From Heterodontus francisci (Eukaryota): a stretch of 64,000 nucleotides of DNA. The notes below the pieces were generated by a model that saw only the letters and a program-made list of their open reading frames with translations, was not told the origin of the DNA and ran no database searches. Every line of letters begins with the position of its first letter. Within the stretch, counting starts at the first letter, position 1. Location of the stretch: NCBI RefSeq assembly GCF_036365525.1, contig NC_090374.1, forward strand, positions 58,085,174 to 58,149,173, in the 5' to 3' direction. A program made the translations under genes and the position numbers. Below, in pieces: positions 25,443-37,555 of this stretch.

Positions 25443-28400
25443 TGTTATATATGTATATATTGTTATATTATCTGTAAAGTGTTAAGAACTAAGTAGTTAG
25501 GAACTAGTTGTTATGTGTAAGTGTTCCAGTAGGGGGCCACATTCATGGCTGCACTGGGGAGTCATGTTATATGTAACACAAGAATCAGGTTCTACAGCAC
25601 AGAACATGGTGCTATAATAAACAAGACTGACTCCAGCCTTTTCCAAGTTTTAAAGTGTGATTCCAACATCTGGGAACCAGAAACAACATAAAGATGAAAC
25701 ATGGTGGCAGCAAATGCCTTTGAGTAAACCTACAACATTTTTAAAAGCATCGGATTGAGAAAAATGACCCAAATTAGTGCCAGAGAGACAGAAAAACTGA
25801 GTGACTCATGCGAAAACTCTAAAAGAAAAAGATCAAAATGTCAGCCGGGACAGGAGTGAATGCACTGCTATAGCCCATCATGAATTGGGGAGCTGATGAT
25901 GTCGTAGAGGCATTTGAGAAGTTTGAATAAAAGTGCAATTTGGCATTTAGTAGTTTCTGAAAAAGCACAAGTGAAGAGGAGAGGGTCAGCTATATCCTTC
26001 TCTGGGCTGGAGATAAAGCATTAAATTTATTTAACAGCTGGGACCTAAGCGAAGAGGACATCAGAAACCCAGACAACATTTTTGATTCAGCATCCATCTC
26101 CAGCCAAAATCAAATCATCGGATATACCGATATGAATTTCAAGGTCTCAGACAGGAACTAGGTGAGCCTATTGACAATTATGTAGCAAGATTGAAAAATG
26201 CAGCCAGAAAATGTAAATTTAAGGACACAGTTGAACAGCTGATAGATCGGCTCATTTGGGGTTCTGCACATCCTGAAGTACAGAAAGCTCTAATCAGCAG
26301 GACAAGCTCACAATATCGCAGGCTGTAGTCACTGCCAGAGCACATGAAGCCATGAGCAGACAGATGAAGACTCTGACCTCCCAAATAGCAAGACTTCAGT
26401 TAAGCCAAGAGACAGGCAGCAGGGTCGATGCAGTGAAACAACAACTAAAGAATGTACACCAAACAGAGAGAAATATGGGCAGGAGCTATGGACGACCACA
26501 TGAATTGACAGATAGAAGGAAATGTCCCACATATGGATCAATCTGCAGGACTTGCGGAAAGACCAATCACTGGGAAAAGATGTGCAGAACAAGGCAAGAA
26601 GGTGGTAGACGAGTAATCAGAGCCAGAGTATTAGGGCGAAGGTACAGCAAAAGAAACCAAAGCATCCATACCCTGGGTGATGGGTTTGAGAACATGATAG
26701 ACATAGGAACCATAGAATTGCACGAAATGTCTGGATGTAACAGTTCCCAGAGAAACGAAATACACACAACCATTCAGATCAAGAAGAGGCTGAGAAATAA
26801 GCCCACAACGATAAATCTGAAGGTGAAGATTGATACTGGAGTGCAGAGTAACATCATCCTGCTCAGACTATACCAGCAGATCTGTCCTGAAAATTTGGAG
26901 AAAAATGGTTATCCAAGGGAAGGTGCTCTGAAACCAGACAATGTCATGCTAATAGCATACAGTGGAACTGAGATTTGACAGCTAGGAACAACCCAAATCA
27001 GAGGGACACACAAAGGAAAAGATGTTAACTGTATGTTCTACATCACAGAAACAGATGGTACAGCTATCCTGGGGTTGAGCAGTTGTGAAGAGCTGCAGAT
27101 TATCTCAGTAAACCATGAGGTGAAGGAGGCGACACTGAGGGTTGAAATAGTACACCCATTGAAAAGCGCCCTCCGATAAGCAAAGAAGATCTGGTACAAA
27201 TGTACCCAGAGTGTTTTGGTGAGACGGTTGGATGTTTCGAAGATTTTGCGTATCACGTCACTATTGACCCAGCGATGAAACCAGTGATTCATCCCCCACG
27301 TAAAGTGCCAGTAGAACTAAAAGGAATTCTTGAAAAAGAGCTCTAAGAAATGGAAGAAAAGAAAGTGATCGCCAGAGTCACAGAGCCTACAAATTGGGTA
27401 AATTCCATCGTGGTGAGAGGGAAGTCAAATGGACGGCTGAGAATTTGCCTCGATCCCAAAGATCTTAACCAAGCAATAAAGAGGGATCACTATCTTATTC
27501 CAACATTGGAAGAAATCACACCAGCACTGGCAGGGGCAAAAGTTTTCAGCAAGCTTGATCCCAGAAATGGCGACTGGAATGTGAAGCTAGAAGCAGAATC
27601 TTCACTGTTGACAACATTCAACACACCCTTTGGACGGTACAAATTCCTGCATCTACCCTTTGGCCTCAAGGTGAGCCAGGATGTGTTCCAACAGAAAGTA
27701 GACAAGACATACAGGGGATGCAAATAGCAGACGGCATAGCTGATGATATTCAGATATATGACGCAGATGGAAAAGATCATGACAACCATCTACATGAAGC
27801 CATGGAGTGAACCAGGAAAGCTGGGATTAAGCTAAATGAGACAAATGCGAAGTGAAAGTGACAGAATGCTAGTTCTTCGGAATGGTGTTAAGCCGAGCCC
27901 TGAAAGAATCTCAGCCATCTCGGGGATGGAAGCCCCAAGCGATAAGAGAGAGTTGAGAAGTTTCCTTCATTTGATACAATACATGAACTCCTTTATTCCG
28001 CACATGTCGGAACACACGGTAAACCTGCGGGAGCTGTGAAAGAAGATGTAGAGTACCAGTCACATGACAGGAGTTTCAACAAACTCAAAAAGGTAGTATG
28101 CAAGGAGACAAATCTGTCGTACTACAACAGAAAGAAACCTGTCACTCTACAGGTAGGTGCTTCCACTAAAGAACTGGGAACAGCCCTGGTACAAGAGGGA
28201 AAGCCAATAACATTTTTGTCCAAAGCTCTGACATCAGCTGAGACAAGATATCTCAACATAGAGAGAGAGCTTTTTGCAGTCGTGTATGGATGTGAGAAGT
28301 TCCACACTTATCTCTATGGGAGAAAGTTCACAGTGGAGAGTGCTTATTGTCCACTGGAGGAGATCTACAAGAAAAATCTATGGAAAGCACCAGCAAGACT

Positions 28401-30219
28401 GCAGAGGTTATTCTTGAGGCTTCAGTGTTATGATTTCACTCTGAAATATAAGCCAGGAAGAGAAATGGTGCCAGCAGCCACCCTATCTCTGTTGTCACCA
28501 TGGGAGAAACATGAGATAGAAGATCTAGACATAAAGATTCATCACCTAGTGAACGTAACAGCACCAAAACTGAGTTAAATTAGAGATGAGACCAGCAAAG
28601 ATGAGGAGTTGAAGATGCTATCTCAACAAGTGATCCAGGGATGGCCTGATAGGATACAGCACACACTGCCAACAATATGGCAGTACTGGTCTATCAGAGA
28701 TGACATCTCACTAGGAGATGGTGTTCTGCTGGCCGGATCCAGAATAATCATACCTAAAACAATGCAGGAAGAACTTCCCCAAAGATACACGAAGGCCACA
28801 TGGGAATGGAGAAGTGTAAGCTCAGAGCCAAATCAGCTGTGTACTGGATAGGCATATACAAAGATATTGAAAATATGGCATCTACATGCAATGTATGCCA
28901 GAAGTACAGAAACTCACAACAGAAAGAGGAGATGATAGTTACTGAAGTACCACCCAGACCATGGCATACTGTAGGAGTCGATTTATTCACACATAATCAA
29001 GAATGGTATCTCATAGTCCTAGACTGCTACTCAAAATTCCTAACAATAATCTCAGCAGTACGAGTTCTGTTCACTGAGCAAGGGATTCCTGAAAGGTTAA
29101 TATGTGACAATGGCACCTAATTTACATCCAGAGAATTTAAGCAATTCGCTGACCAGTATGGGATCAACACCATCACCTCATCGCCACACTACCCACCGGA
29201 ACACGGATTTATAGAAAGACACGTCCAGACGGTCAAAAGAACACTTGTGAAATGCCAAGAGACGAAGGGAGACCCTAACCTGGTCTTATTGTCACTCCGA
29301 TCACACCTCTCAAGGCTGACATGAAATCACCTGCAGAGCTGTTAAATGGAAGGAAATACAAGACAACTCTGTCAAGCAAAATACATCCTTCAAATAACCA
29401 GGAAGAAGTGAGACAACAACTCACTGAAGCACAGGTAAGTGGAGAGCAGCACTTCAACAAATATGTTAAATCCCTACCCGAGCTGTTGAAAGGCCAAACT
29501 GTACACGTACAGGATCCAATCATGAAAACCTAGAGCCCAGCAAAGGTTGTTAGTGAAGCTGAGACTCCAAGGTCATATATCATTGAGACTGAAACTGGTA
29601 ACCAAATGAGAAGGAACAGAATCCATATTCGACCTACACCTGAGCTGGAACAACAGAAAAGACCATCAACAACATCGAAAACATCACTATCCAGCGAGAC
29701 AACACTAACAACATCACCAGCAAGTGACACGACATCGCCTGTACAGCGTGCCAACTCACCACTGAGAGCAACAAATGCCAAATCTACAAGATGGAGGCAC
29801 AACATTTTACCACCCAAGCAATACCATGAATAATATTTTTTTAAAAGAATACACACTATAAAAGACTCTAAAAAGGGGTTCAGTTTATTTCCACAAGTCA
29901 AATGATAATTTTTAAAATTTATATTGACAGTTATATTGATAGAGGCATGTTTTAAAGAAAGAGGTATGCTATATTTGTTATACTATCTGTAAAGTGTTAG
30001 GAACTAAGTAGCTAGGAACTAGTTGTTATGTGTAAGTGTTCCAGTTGGGGCCACATTCATGGCTGCACTGGGGAGTCATGTTATATGTAACACAAGAATC
30101 AAGTTCCACCGGACAGAACATGGTGCTATAATAAACAAGATTGACTCCAGCCTTTTCCAAGTTTTAAAGTGTGATTCTTTCCAACATCTGGGAACCAGAA
30201 ACAACATGAAGATGAAACA
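25443..30219 (+). mobile_element. Full-length, decayed Ty3/Gypsy LTR retrotransposon (Mag-like)
   Basis: LTRs at 25443-25701 and 29967-30219 (TG...CA); TSD CTGTC; PBS TGGTGGCAGC at 25702 (tRNA-Leu-like); PPT aaagaaagagg. Gag knuckle CRTCGKTNHWEKMC, protease DTG, RT (LRICLDPKDLN, ADD), RNase H (IERELFAVVYGCEKFH), integrase (PWHTVGVDLF, DNG). Many stops and frameshifts. Confidence 0.96.
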
Positions 30220-30309
30220 CTGTCCCACAAACATTTTGCTGACTCTGTAAACTCCACAGAGGCAGCACTGGTAGGCACTTGAAGGGATCAGGATCTTTTA
30301 TTCCTTTAA

Positions 30310-30448
30310 TGCAAATACAAAATATTGCGGATGCTGGAAATCAGAAATAAAAACTGAAAATGCTGGAAATACTGAGCAGGTCTGGCAGCATCTGCAGAGA
30401 GAGAAAAACAGAGTTAACTTATCAGGTCAATGAGTTTTCATCAGACCT
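30310..30448 (-). mobile_element. Solo Penelope terminus with a degenerate hammerhead motif
   Basis: gaaaatgctggaaatactgagcaggtctggcagcatctg...gagttaac...tcatcag is the reverse complement of the Penelope 3' ends at 40615-40716 and 57128-57227. Confidence 0.75.
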
Positions 30449-30459
30449 TCTACCTTGAG

Positions 30460-31190
30460 CAGAACTCGACACATGCATAGGGTAAGCAGCTACCACCTTT
30501 GGCTGACTTGTGCGTGGAAAAACAACAAGTTGACCCTTGGGACCAAGATGCTGGTTTATGAGGCCTGTGTTCTCAGCACTTTGTTGCATGGCTCTGAATC
30601 ATGGACTTACAGCTATCAAGAAAGGAACCTCAATAATTTTCATCTTCAATGTCTGCGGTGCATTCTCGGAATCTCAACAAAATCACAAACGCGACAGTCC
30701 TCTCAAAGGCAAATCTTCCAAGTATGCTAGTGTTAATCAAGCAGAGGCAACTTCGCAGGATGGAAGACAGATGCATTCCCAATGATATTCTGTATGGAGA
30801 GGTAACTGCAGCCAGAAGACCAGTAGAATGCTCAAAGCTCATCTTCAAGGATGCTTGCAAGCGAGACATGAAGGCCCTAAGCATTGATTTTTACACATGG
30901 GAGACACCAGCCAACAACAGAGGGAAATGACGGCATTACCTATGGGCCACTATATGCCACCATGACGATCAGTGGCTACAGCAGCTTGACAGCAGGCACC
31001 AACACCGAAAACAGCACCCCATAATGACACCTGATAACCACCTCATATGTGGCACTTGTGGCAGAACCTGCCTCTCATGGATTGGTCTCTTCAGCCATCA
31101 GCAAAAGTGTACCATGTGAAACTATCCTATCGCCAATTGATTTGCTGCGTGTCCATCATCTAATACAGATGGAAGGATGTCAACAATGAT
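30460..31190 (+). mobile_element. RTE LINE 3' fragment
   Basis: TKMLVYEACVLSTLLHGSESW, ILYGEV...FKDACKRDMK, and a downstream CxxC...HxxxC motif. Confidence 0.85.
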
Positions 31191-32026
31191 TCCTCTCAAA
31201 TATATTAATGAGGGGCATTGATTTGAGTATAGAATAAGTCGCAGCCCATTTTTATTTAGTGCTATTCAGGGGATAACATTCTGTGACTGCTCATAATTCT
31301 GTGTTTAATTTTAATGCAACTTTTTTAATGCACAGAACAGCAAGGTTGGGGTAAATATATGAGCCAAGTATTTCCATTCAGGTGAAATCTCAGCATTAAC
31401 TAAATAGGGCAAACTTTGTATCTTCCACTGGATCCTGGTCTGTTTTATTGGGGCCAGGCAAATCTGCATTTTCTGGCAGCTTGCAGGGGGATTCTTGCAT
31501 CTGTTGGAGAGTAAGTCTCGGGAAGGTCCCACCTTCATCAGTGTGGTTGATAATTCTGTGAGTGACTATACTAGGCAAAGAGGCCCTTCAAATTCCCAAA
31601 GCAACCCTGAATGCCAGAAAATACTGATGTGCCTACCTATGAGACAAATGATAGTATAGATTGCATGGTGTTTTTCAGTTGTTAGTGTAGCTCCAGTCAT
31701 CTTCGAGCCTGATTTTCTATCTCACTCATTGCTCTATCAAGGCTTATGTTTCATCTAGCCACTTGGGAGGAAAGGAACAGTCATAGGGTATAGCAGCATT
31801 CACAGGAAGGTCCTAAACTTTGGTATGACTGAGAGGATGATTCTCAGGGTTTAGGAGAACTGGGGTCAGGCTCCTGGAGATCAGCAGCACTAGACTTTGA
31901 CAACATTGAGACCACCATCCTATAGTGCCAGAAGCTGCACTCACAGGATCTTGCTTCAAGTTCTTTAACTACTTTTAAAATGCAACTTCTGATATTGGTA
32001 AAGGTCGGTGGGGTGGTGGGAGAGGT

Positions 32027-32049
32027 GGGGGGGGGGGGGGGGGGGGGGG
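32027..32049 (+). repeat. Poly-G run (23 nt) in a G-rich tract
   Basis: Seen directly in the sequence. Confidence 0.9.
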
Positions 32050-32574
32050 TGGTGCGGGGGTGTTGGTGGTCATAGTTCAAAGCCTGCAGATTGTTCCAAA
32101 AGCATGCTTGTTTGATGGAACTGATGCATCCAAATAAAATAGTTCTGTATTTGGTAAAAATTCATATTAATAAAAACTGAATCAATTCAAATAACTTTGG
32201 GTTCACATTCTGGGTTCAGTGGTGTTGCTAAATTGTTATTGTTTGACGAAGTAGGAAAATTATTGACATAGAAGTCATAAGCTAGCACAGAGATAATCTC
32301 TTTTTGGCAAAGGAAGTATTTACAGCGATTCTCGTAAAGAATCAGTACTTCTATATTGACAAATATCCTTTATAGCTGCAGTACAATTATCATCATTTGA
32401 ATTTACTAGAAATGGTAGTTTATTCTGAGAATCAGCCCTGTGCACTAAATACTGTGTCATCTGTTTTGGTTATTACAAAATGCAGAGAATTATACTTAAG
32501 GGACTTAATAGATGGCTGTATATTCATAATTGCGGTTGAGAATGCTGTAATTCATTAGTCAGTGTTTAACAATT

Positions 32575-34075
32575 TTTTTTATTCTTTCATGGGATGTGGG
32601 CATCACTGGCCAGCATTTGTTGCCCATCCCTAAATGCCCTTGAGAAGGAGGTGGTGAGTCTTCTTGAACCGCTACAGTCCATCTGGTGCGGGTACACCCA
32701 CAGTACTATCAGGAAGGGAGTTCCAGGATTTTAATCCAGCAACAGTGAAGGAACAGCAATATATTTCCTAGTCAGGATGGTGTGTGACTTGGAGGGGGAC
32801 TTGACAGTTGTGGAATTCCCATGTGTCTGCTGCCCTTGTCCTTCTAAGTGGTAGAGGTCGCAGGTTTGGAAGGTGCTGTCTAAGGAGCTTTGGTGAGTTG
32901 CTGCAGTGCGTCCTGTAGATGGTACACACTGTTGCCACAGTGTGTTGGTGGTGGAGGGAGTGAATGTTTAAGGTGGTGAATGTGCTGCCCATCAAGCGGG
33001 CTGCTTTGTCCTGGATGGTGTTGAGCTTGCTGAGTGTTGTTGGCGCTGCACTCATCCAGGCAAGTGGAGAGTATTCCATCACACTCCTGACTTGTGCCTT
33101 GTAGATGGTGGACAGGCTTTGGAGAGTCAGGAGGTGGGTTGCTCGCTGCAGAATTCCTAGCCTCTGGCCTGCTCTTGTAGCCACAGCATTTATGTGGTTG
33201 CTCCAGTTCATTTTTTGGTCAATGATAACCCCCAGGATGTTGATGGTGTGGGATTCAACGATGATAATGCCATTGAACATCAAGGGGAGATGGTTAGATT
33301 GTCTCTTGTTTGAGATGGTCATTATCTGACACTTGTGTGGCGTGAATGTTACTTGCCACTTATCAGCCCAAGCCTGGATGTTGTCCAGGTCTAGCTGCAT
33401 AAGGACACGGGCTGCTTCAGTATCTGAGGAGTCGCGAATGGTGCTGAACATTATGCAATCATCAGTGAACATCCTCACTTTGACCTTATGATGGAGGGAA
33501 GGTCATTGATGAAGCAGCTGAAGATAATTGGGCCTAGGACACTACCCTGAGGAACTCCTGCAGTGATGTCCTGAGACTGAGATGATTGACCTCCAACAAC
33601 CACTTCCTTTGTGCTAGGTATGACTCCAATCAGCGGAGAGTTAGCCCCCTGATTCCCATTGACTCCAGTTTTGCTCGGGCTCCTTGATGCCATACTCGGT
33701 CAAATGCTGCCTTGTTGTTTAGGGCAGTCACTCTCACCTCACCTCTGGAGTTCAGCTCCTTTATCCATGTTTGGACCAAGGCTGTGACGAGGTCAGCAGC
33801 TGAATGGCCCTGGCGGAACCCAAACTGAGCATCAGTGAGCAGGTTATTGCTGAGCAAGTGCTGTTTGATAGCACTGTCGATGACCCCTTGCATCACTTTG
33901 CTGATGATTGAGAGTAGACTGACGCAACGGTAATTGGCCGGGATGGATTTGTCCTGCTTTTTTGTGAATAGGACAAACCTAGGCACTTTTCCACATTGCA
34001 GGGTAGATGCCAGTGTTCTAGCTGTACTGGAACAGCTTGGCTAGGGACGTGGCAAGTTTTGCAGCACAAGTCTTA
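32575..34075 (-). mobile_element. CR1-group LINE (distinct lineage), 5'-truncated
   Basis: NYRCVSLLSIISKVM, QFGFRQG, AFDRVWH, GVPQGSVLGP, FTDD, IYKAQVRSVMEYSPLAW motifs. Confidence 0.9.
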
Positions 34076-34283
34076 TTTACTAAAAACTGAAGGTGACATT
34101 TTTGTAAAAATTGCCCGCACTCAATCCAAATGCGCAGACATAATCTTGACTTTTGAATCAAGATTATCTTGAAGCAATTGTGAGGCAGATGCAAAAAAAT
34201 GGAATGGAATTGAATTTGTTCTGGAATATAGGTTGTTATCCATAAGTAAAATATAATTTGCCACAAAACGTTTACATAAAGTT

Positions 34284-34633
34284 GGGGCGGCACAGTGGTG
34301 CAGTGGTTAGCACTGCAGCCTCACAGCTCCAGCGACCCAGGTTCGATTCTGGGTACTGCCTGTGCGGAGTTTGCAAGTTCTCCCTGTGACCACGTGGGTT
34401 TCCACCGGGTGCTCCGGTTTCCTCCCACAGCCAAAGACTTGCAGGTTGATAAGTAAATTGGCCATTATAAATTGCCCCTAGTGTAGGTAGGTGGTAAGAG
34501 AATGGTGGGGATGTGGTAGGGAATATGGGGTTAATATAGGATTAGTATAAATGGGTGGTTGTTGGTCATCACAGACTCGGTGGGCCGAAGGGCCTGTTTC
34601 AGTGCTGTATCTCTAAATAAAAAAATAAATAAA
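34284..34633 (+). mobile_element. tRNA-derived V-SINE (HE1-like)
   Basis: A box TGGTGCAGTGG (34296), B box GGTTCGATTCT (34340), central cgtgggtttccaccgggtgctccggtttcctcccac, CR1-derived tail gggccgaagggcctgtttc, A-rich end. Confidence 0.9.
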
Positions 34634-37555
34634 TCAGGAACGCTAGGGTAAAGAGGTGACCTAAAACAAATTGATCCCAAGAATAATGAGAAAAGGACAA
34701 GAATGGCAACTCAACATCCCTGAATATAAAGTTTTCAGGCAGGATAGAAAGGGAGATAAAAAAGGAGGGGGTGTAGCATTATTAGTTAAGGAATCAATAA
34801 CAGCTTTGAGAAGGGATGATATGCAAAATGAATCATCAAATGAGGCTATATGGGTGGAGATCAGAAATAAAAAAGGGGCAGCCACACTACTAGGAGTGTA
34901 CTATAGACCCCCAAATAGTGAGTGGGAGATAGAGGGACAAACACGTAGGCAAATTGCTGAGTGCAAAAACTATAGGGCAATAATAGTTGGGGATTTCAAC
35001 TACCCCATTATCAACTAGGATACAAACAGTGTGAGGGGCATGGAGAGGACAAAATTCTTGAACTGCATTCAAGAGAACTTATTTAGCCAGCACGTAACAA
35101 GCCCAATGAGAGGGGGCGCAATTCGAGATTTAGTCTTCGGTAATGAAGTTGGACAAGTGGAGTAAGTAACAGTGGGTGATCATTTTGGAGATAGTGACCA
35201 TAATACAGTAAGTTTTAACATAATCATGGAAAAGAACAAAGATAAAACAGGAGTTAAACTTCTAAACTGGGGAAGGCAAATTTTAAGAGACTGAGAGGTG
35301 ACCTGGCAAAAGTGGACTGGATACAGCTACTTGAAGGAAAATCAGTGGCAAACAAGTGGGAGGCATTCAAAAGCGAGATCCTACAGGCACAGTGTAGGCA
35401 TGTCCCCACTAAGATAAAGGGTGGTACTGCCAAACCTAGAGGCCCCTGGTTATCTAGGAGCTTACAGGGTAAGTTAAAGTAGAAAAAGAAAGCTTATGAT
35501 GATCACAAAAATCTTAACACTTTAGAAAGCCTAGAGGAGTACAGAAAGTGCAGGGTGAAGTTAAAAAGGAAATTAGAAAAGCAAAGAGAGGGCATGAAGA
35601 ATTATTGGCAGGTAAAATCAAGGGAAACCCAAAGATGTTTTATCAGTACATTAAGAGCAAGAGGATAACTAAGGAAAAGATAGGGCCTATCAGAGATGTA
35701 CAAGGGAACTTATGCATGGGTGCAGATAATGTGGGCAAGGTTCTTAATGAGTTTTTTTGCCTCTGTCTTCACAAAGGAGAGGGTTGATATAGACGTTGTA
35801 GTTAGAGAAGAGGAGTGTGAAATATTAGATACGATAAGCATAATGAGAGACGAAGTACTAGAGGGTCTGACATCCTTGAAAGTGAATAAGTTGCCAGGGC
35901 CGGATGGCATCCCAGGTTGTTAAAGGAAGCCAGGGAAGAAATAATGGTTGCACTGAGGATCATCTTCAAATCCTCACTAGATATAGGAGAGGTACCAGAC
36001 GATTGGAGGTCTGCGAACGTTGTACCATTGTTTAAAAAGGGTGTGAGGGATAGGCCAAATAATTATAGGCCGGTCAGTCTGACCTCGGTGGTGGATAAAT
36101 TGTTAGAATCTATTCTGAGGGACAGGAAAAACTGCCACTTAGAAAGGCATGGATTCATCAGGGATAGTCAGCATGGATTTGTTAATGGAAGGTCATGTCT
36201 TACTAACTTAATTGAGTTTTTTGAAGAAGTAACAAGAAGGATTGATGAGGGTAGTGCAGTAGATGTGGTCTGCATGGACTTTAGTAAGGCACTTGACAAG
36301 GCCCCGCATGGCAGACTGGTCAGTATAATGAAAGCCCATGGGATACAGGAGAATGTGGCAGGTTGGATCCAGAATTGGCTCAGTGACATGAAACAAAGGG
36401 TAGTAGTCGATGGATGTTTTTGTGAATGGAAAGCTGTTTCCACTGGCGTTCCACAGGGTTCAGTCCCCATCCACCACCACCCTCCTCCGCCTGGCTGAAC
36501 TTGTTCTCACATTGAACAACTTCTCCTTCAACTCCACGCACTTCCTTCAAGTAAAAGGTGTCGCTATGGGTACCCGCATGGGTCCTAGTTATGCCTGTCT
36601 TTTTGTAGGATATGTTGAGCATCCTTTGTTCCAGTCCTAGTCAGGCCCCCTCCCCCAACTCTTTTTCCGGTACATTGATGACTGTATCGGTGCCGTTTCC
36701 TGCTCCGGCCCCGAACTGGAAAACTTTATCAACTTTGCTTCCAATTTCCACCCTTCTCTCACCTTTACATGGTCCATCTCTGACACTTCCCTTCCCTTCC
36801 TCGACTTCTCTGTCTCCATCTCTGGGGATAGGTTGTCTACTAATATCCATTATAAGCCCACCGACTCCCACAGCTACCTCGACTACACTTCTTCACACCT
36901 TACCTCCTGTAAGGACTCCATTCCATTCTCCCAGTTTCGCGTCTCCGACGCATCTGCTCTGATGATGCTACCTTCCATGACGGTGCTTCTGATATGACCT
37001 CCTTTTTCCTCAACCGAGGTTTTCCCCCCACTGTGGTTGACAGGGCCCTCAACCGTGTCCGGCCCATTCCCCGCACCTCTACCCTCACCCCTTCCCCTCC
37101 CTCCCAGAACCGTGACAGGGTTCCCCTTGTCCTCACTTTTCACCCCATCAGCCTCCATATCCAAAGGATCATCCTCCGCCATTTCCGCCACCTCCAGCGT
37201 GATGCCACTACCAGTCGCATCTTCCCCTCCCTTCCCCTGTCAGCAGTCCGAAGGGATCGTTCCCTCCGCGACACCCTGGTCCACTCCTCCATTACCCCCA
37301 CCACCTCGTCCCCGTCCCAGGGCACCTTCACCTGCAATCGCAGGAGGTGTAATACCTGCCCATTTACCTCCTCTCTCCTCACTATCCCAGGCCCCAAACA
37401 CTCCTTTCAGGTGAAGCAGCGATTTACTTGTACTTCTTTCAATGTAGTATACTGTATTCGCTGCTCACAGTGTGGTCTCCTCTACATTGGGGAGACCAAG
37501 CGCAGACTGGGTGACCGCTTTGCGGAACATCTCCGCTCAGTCCGCAAGCAGGACC

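Noticed and set aside
32000-32070. Functional G-quadruplex or Pro-rich ORF
   Set aside because: Simple homopolymer with no other support; its length may be an assembly artefact.
34284-34352. tRNA gene
   Set aside because: The A and B boxes belong to a SINE head, which is followed by the SINE body and LINE-derived tail.
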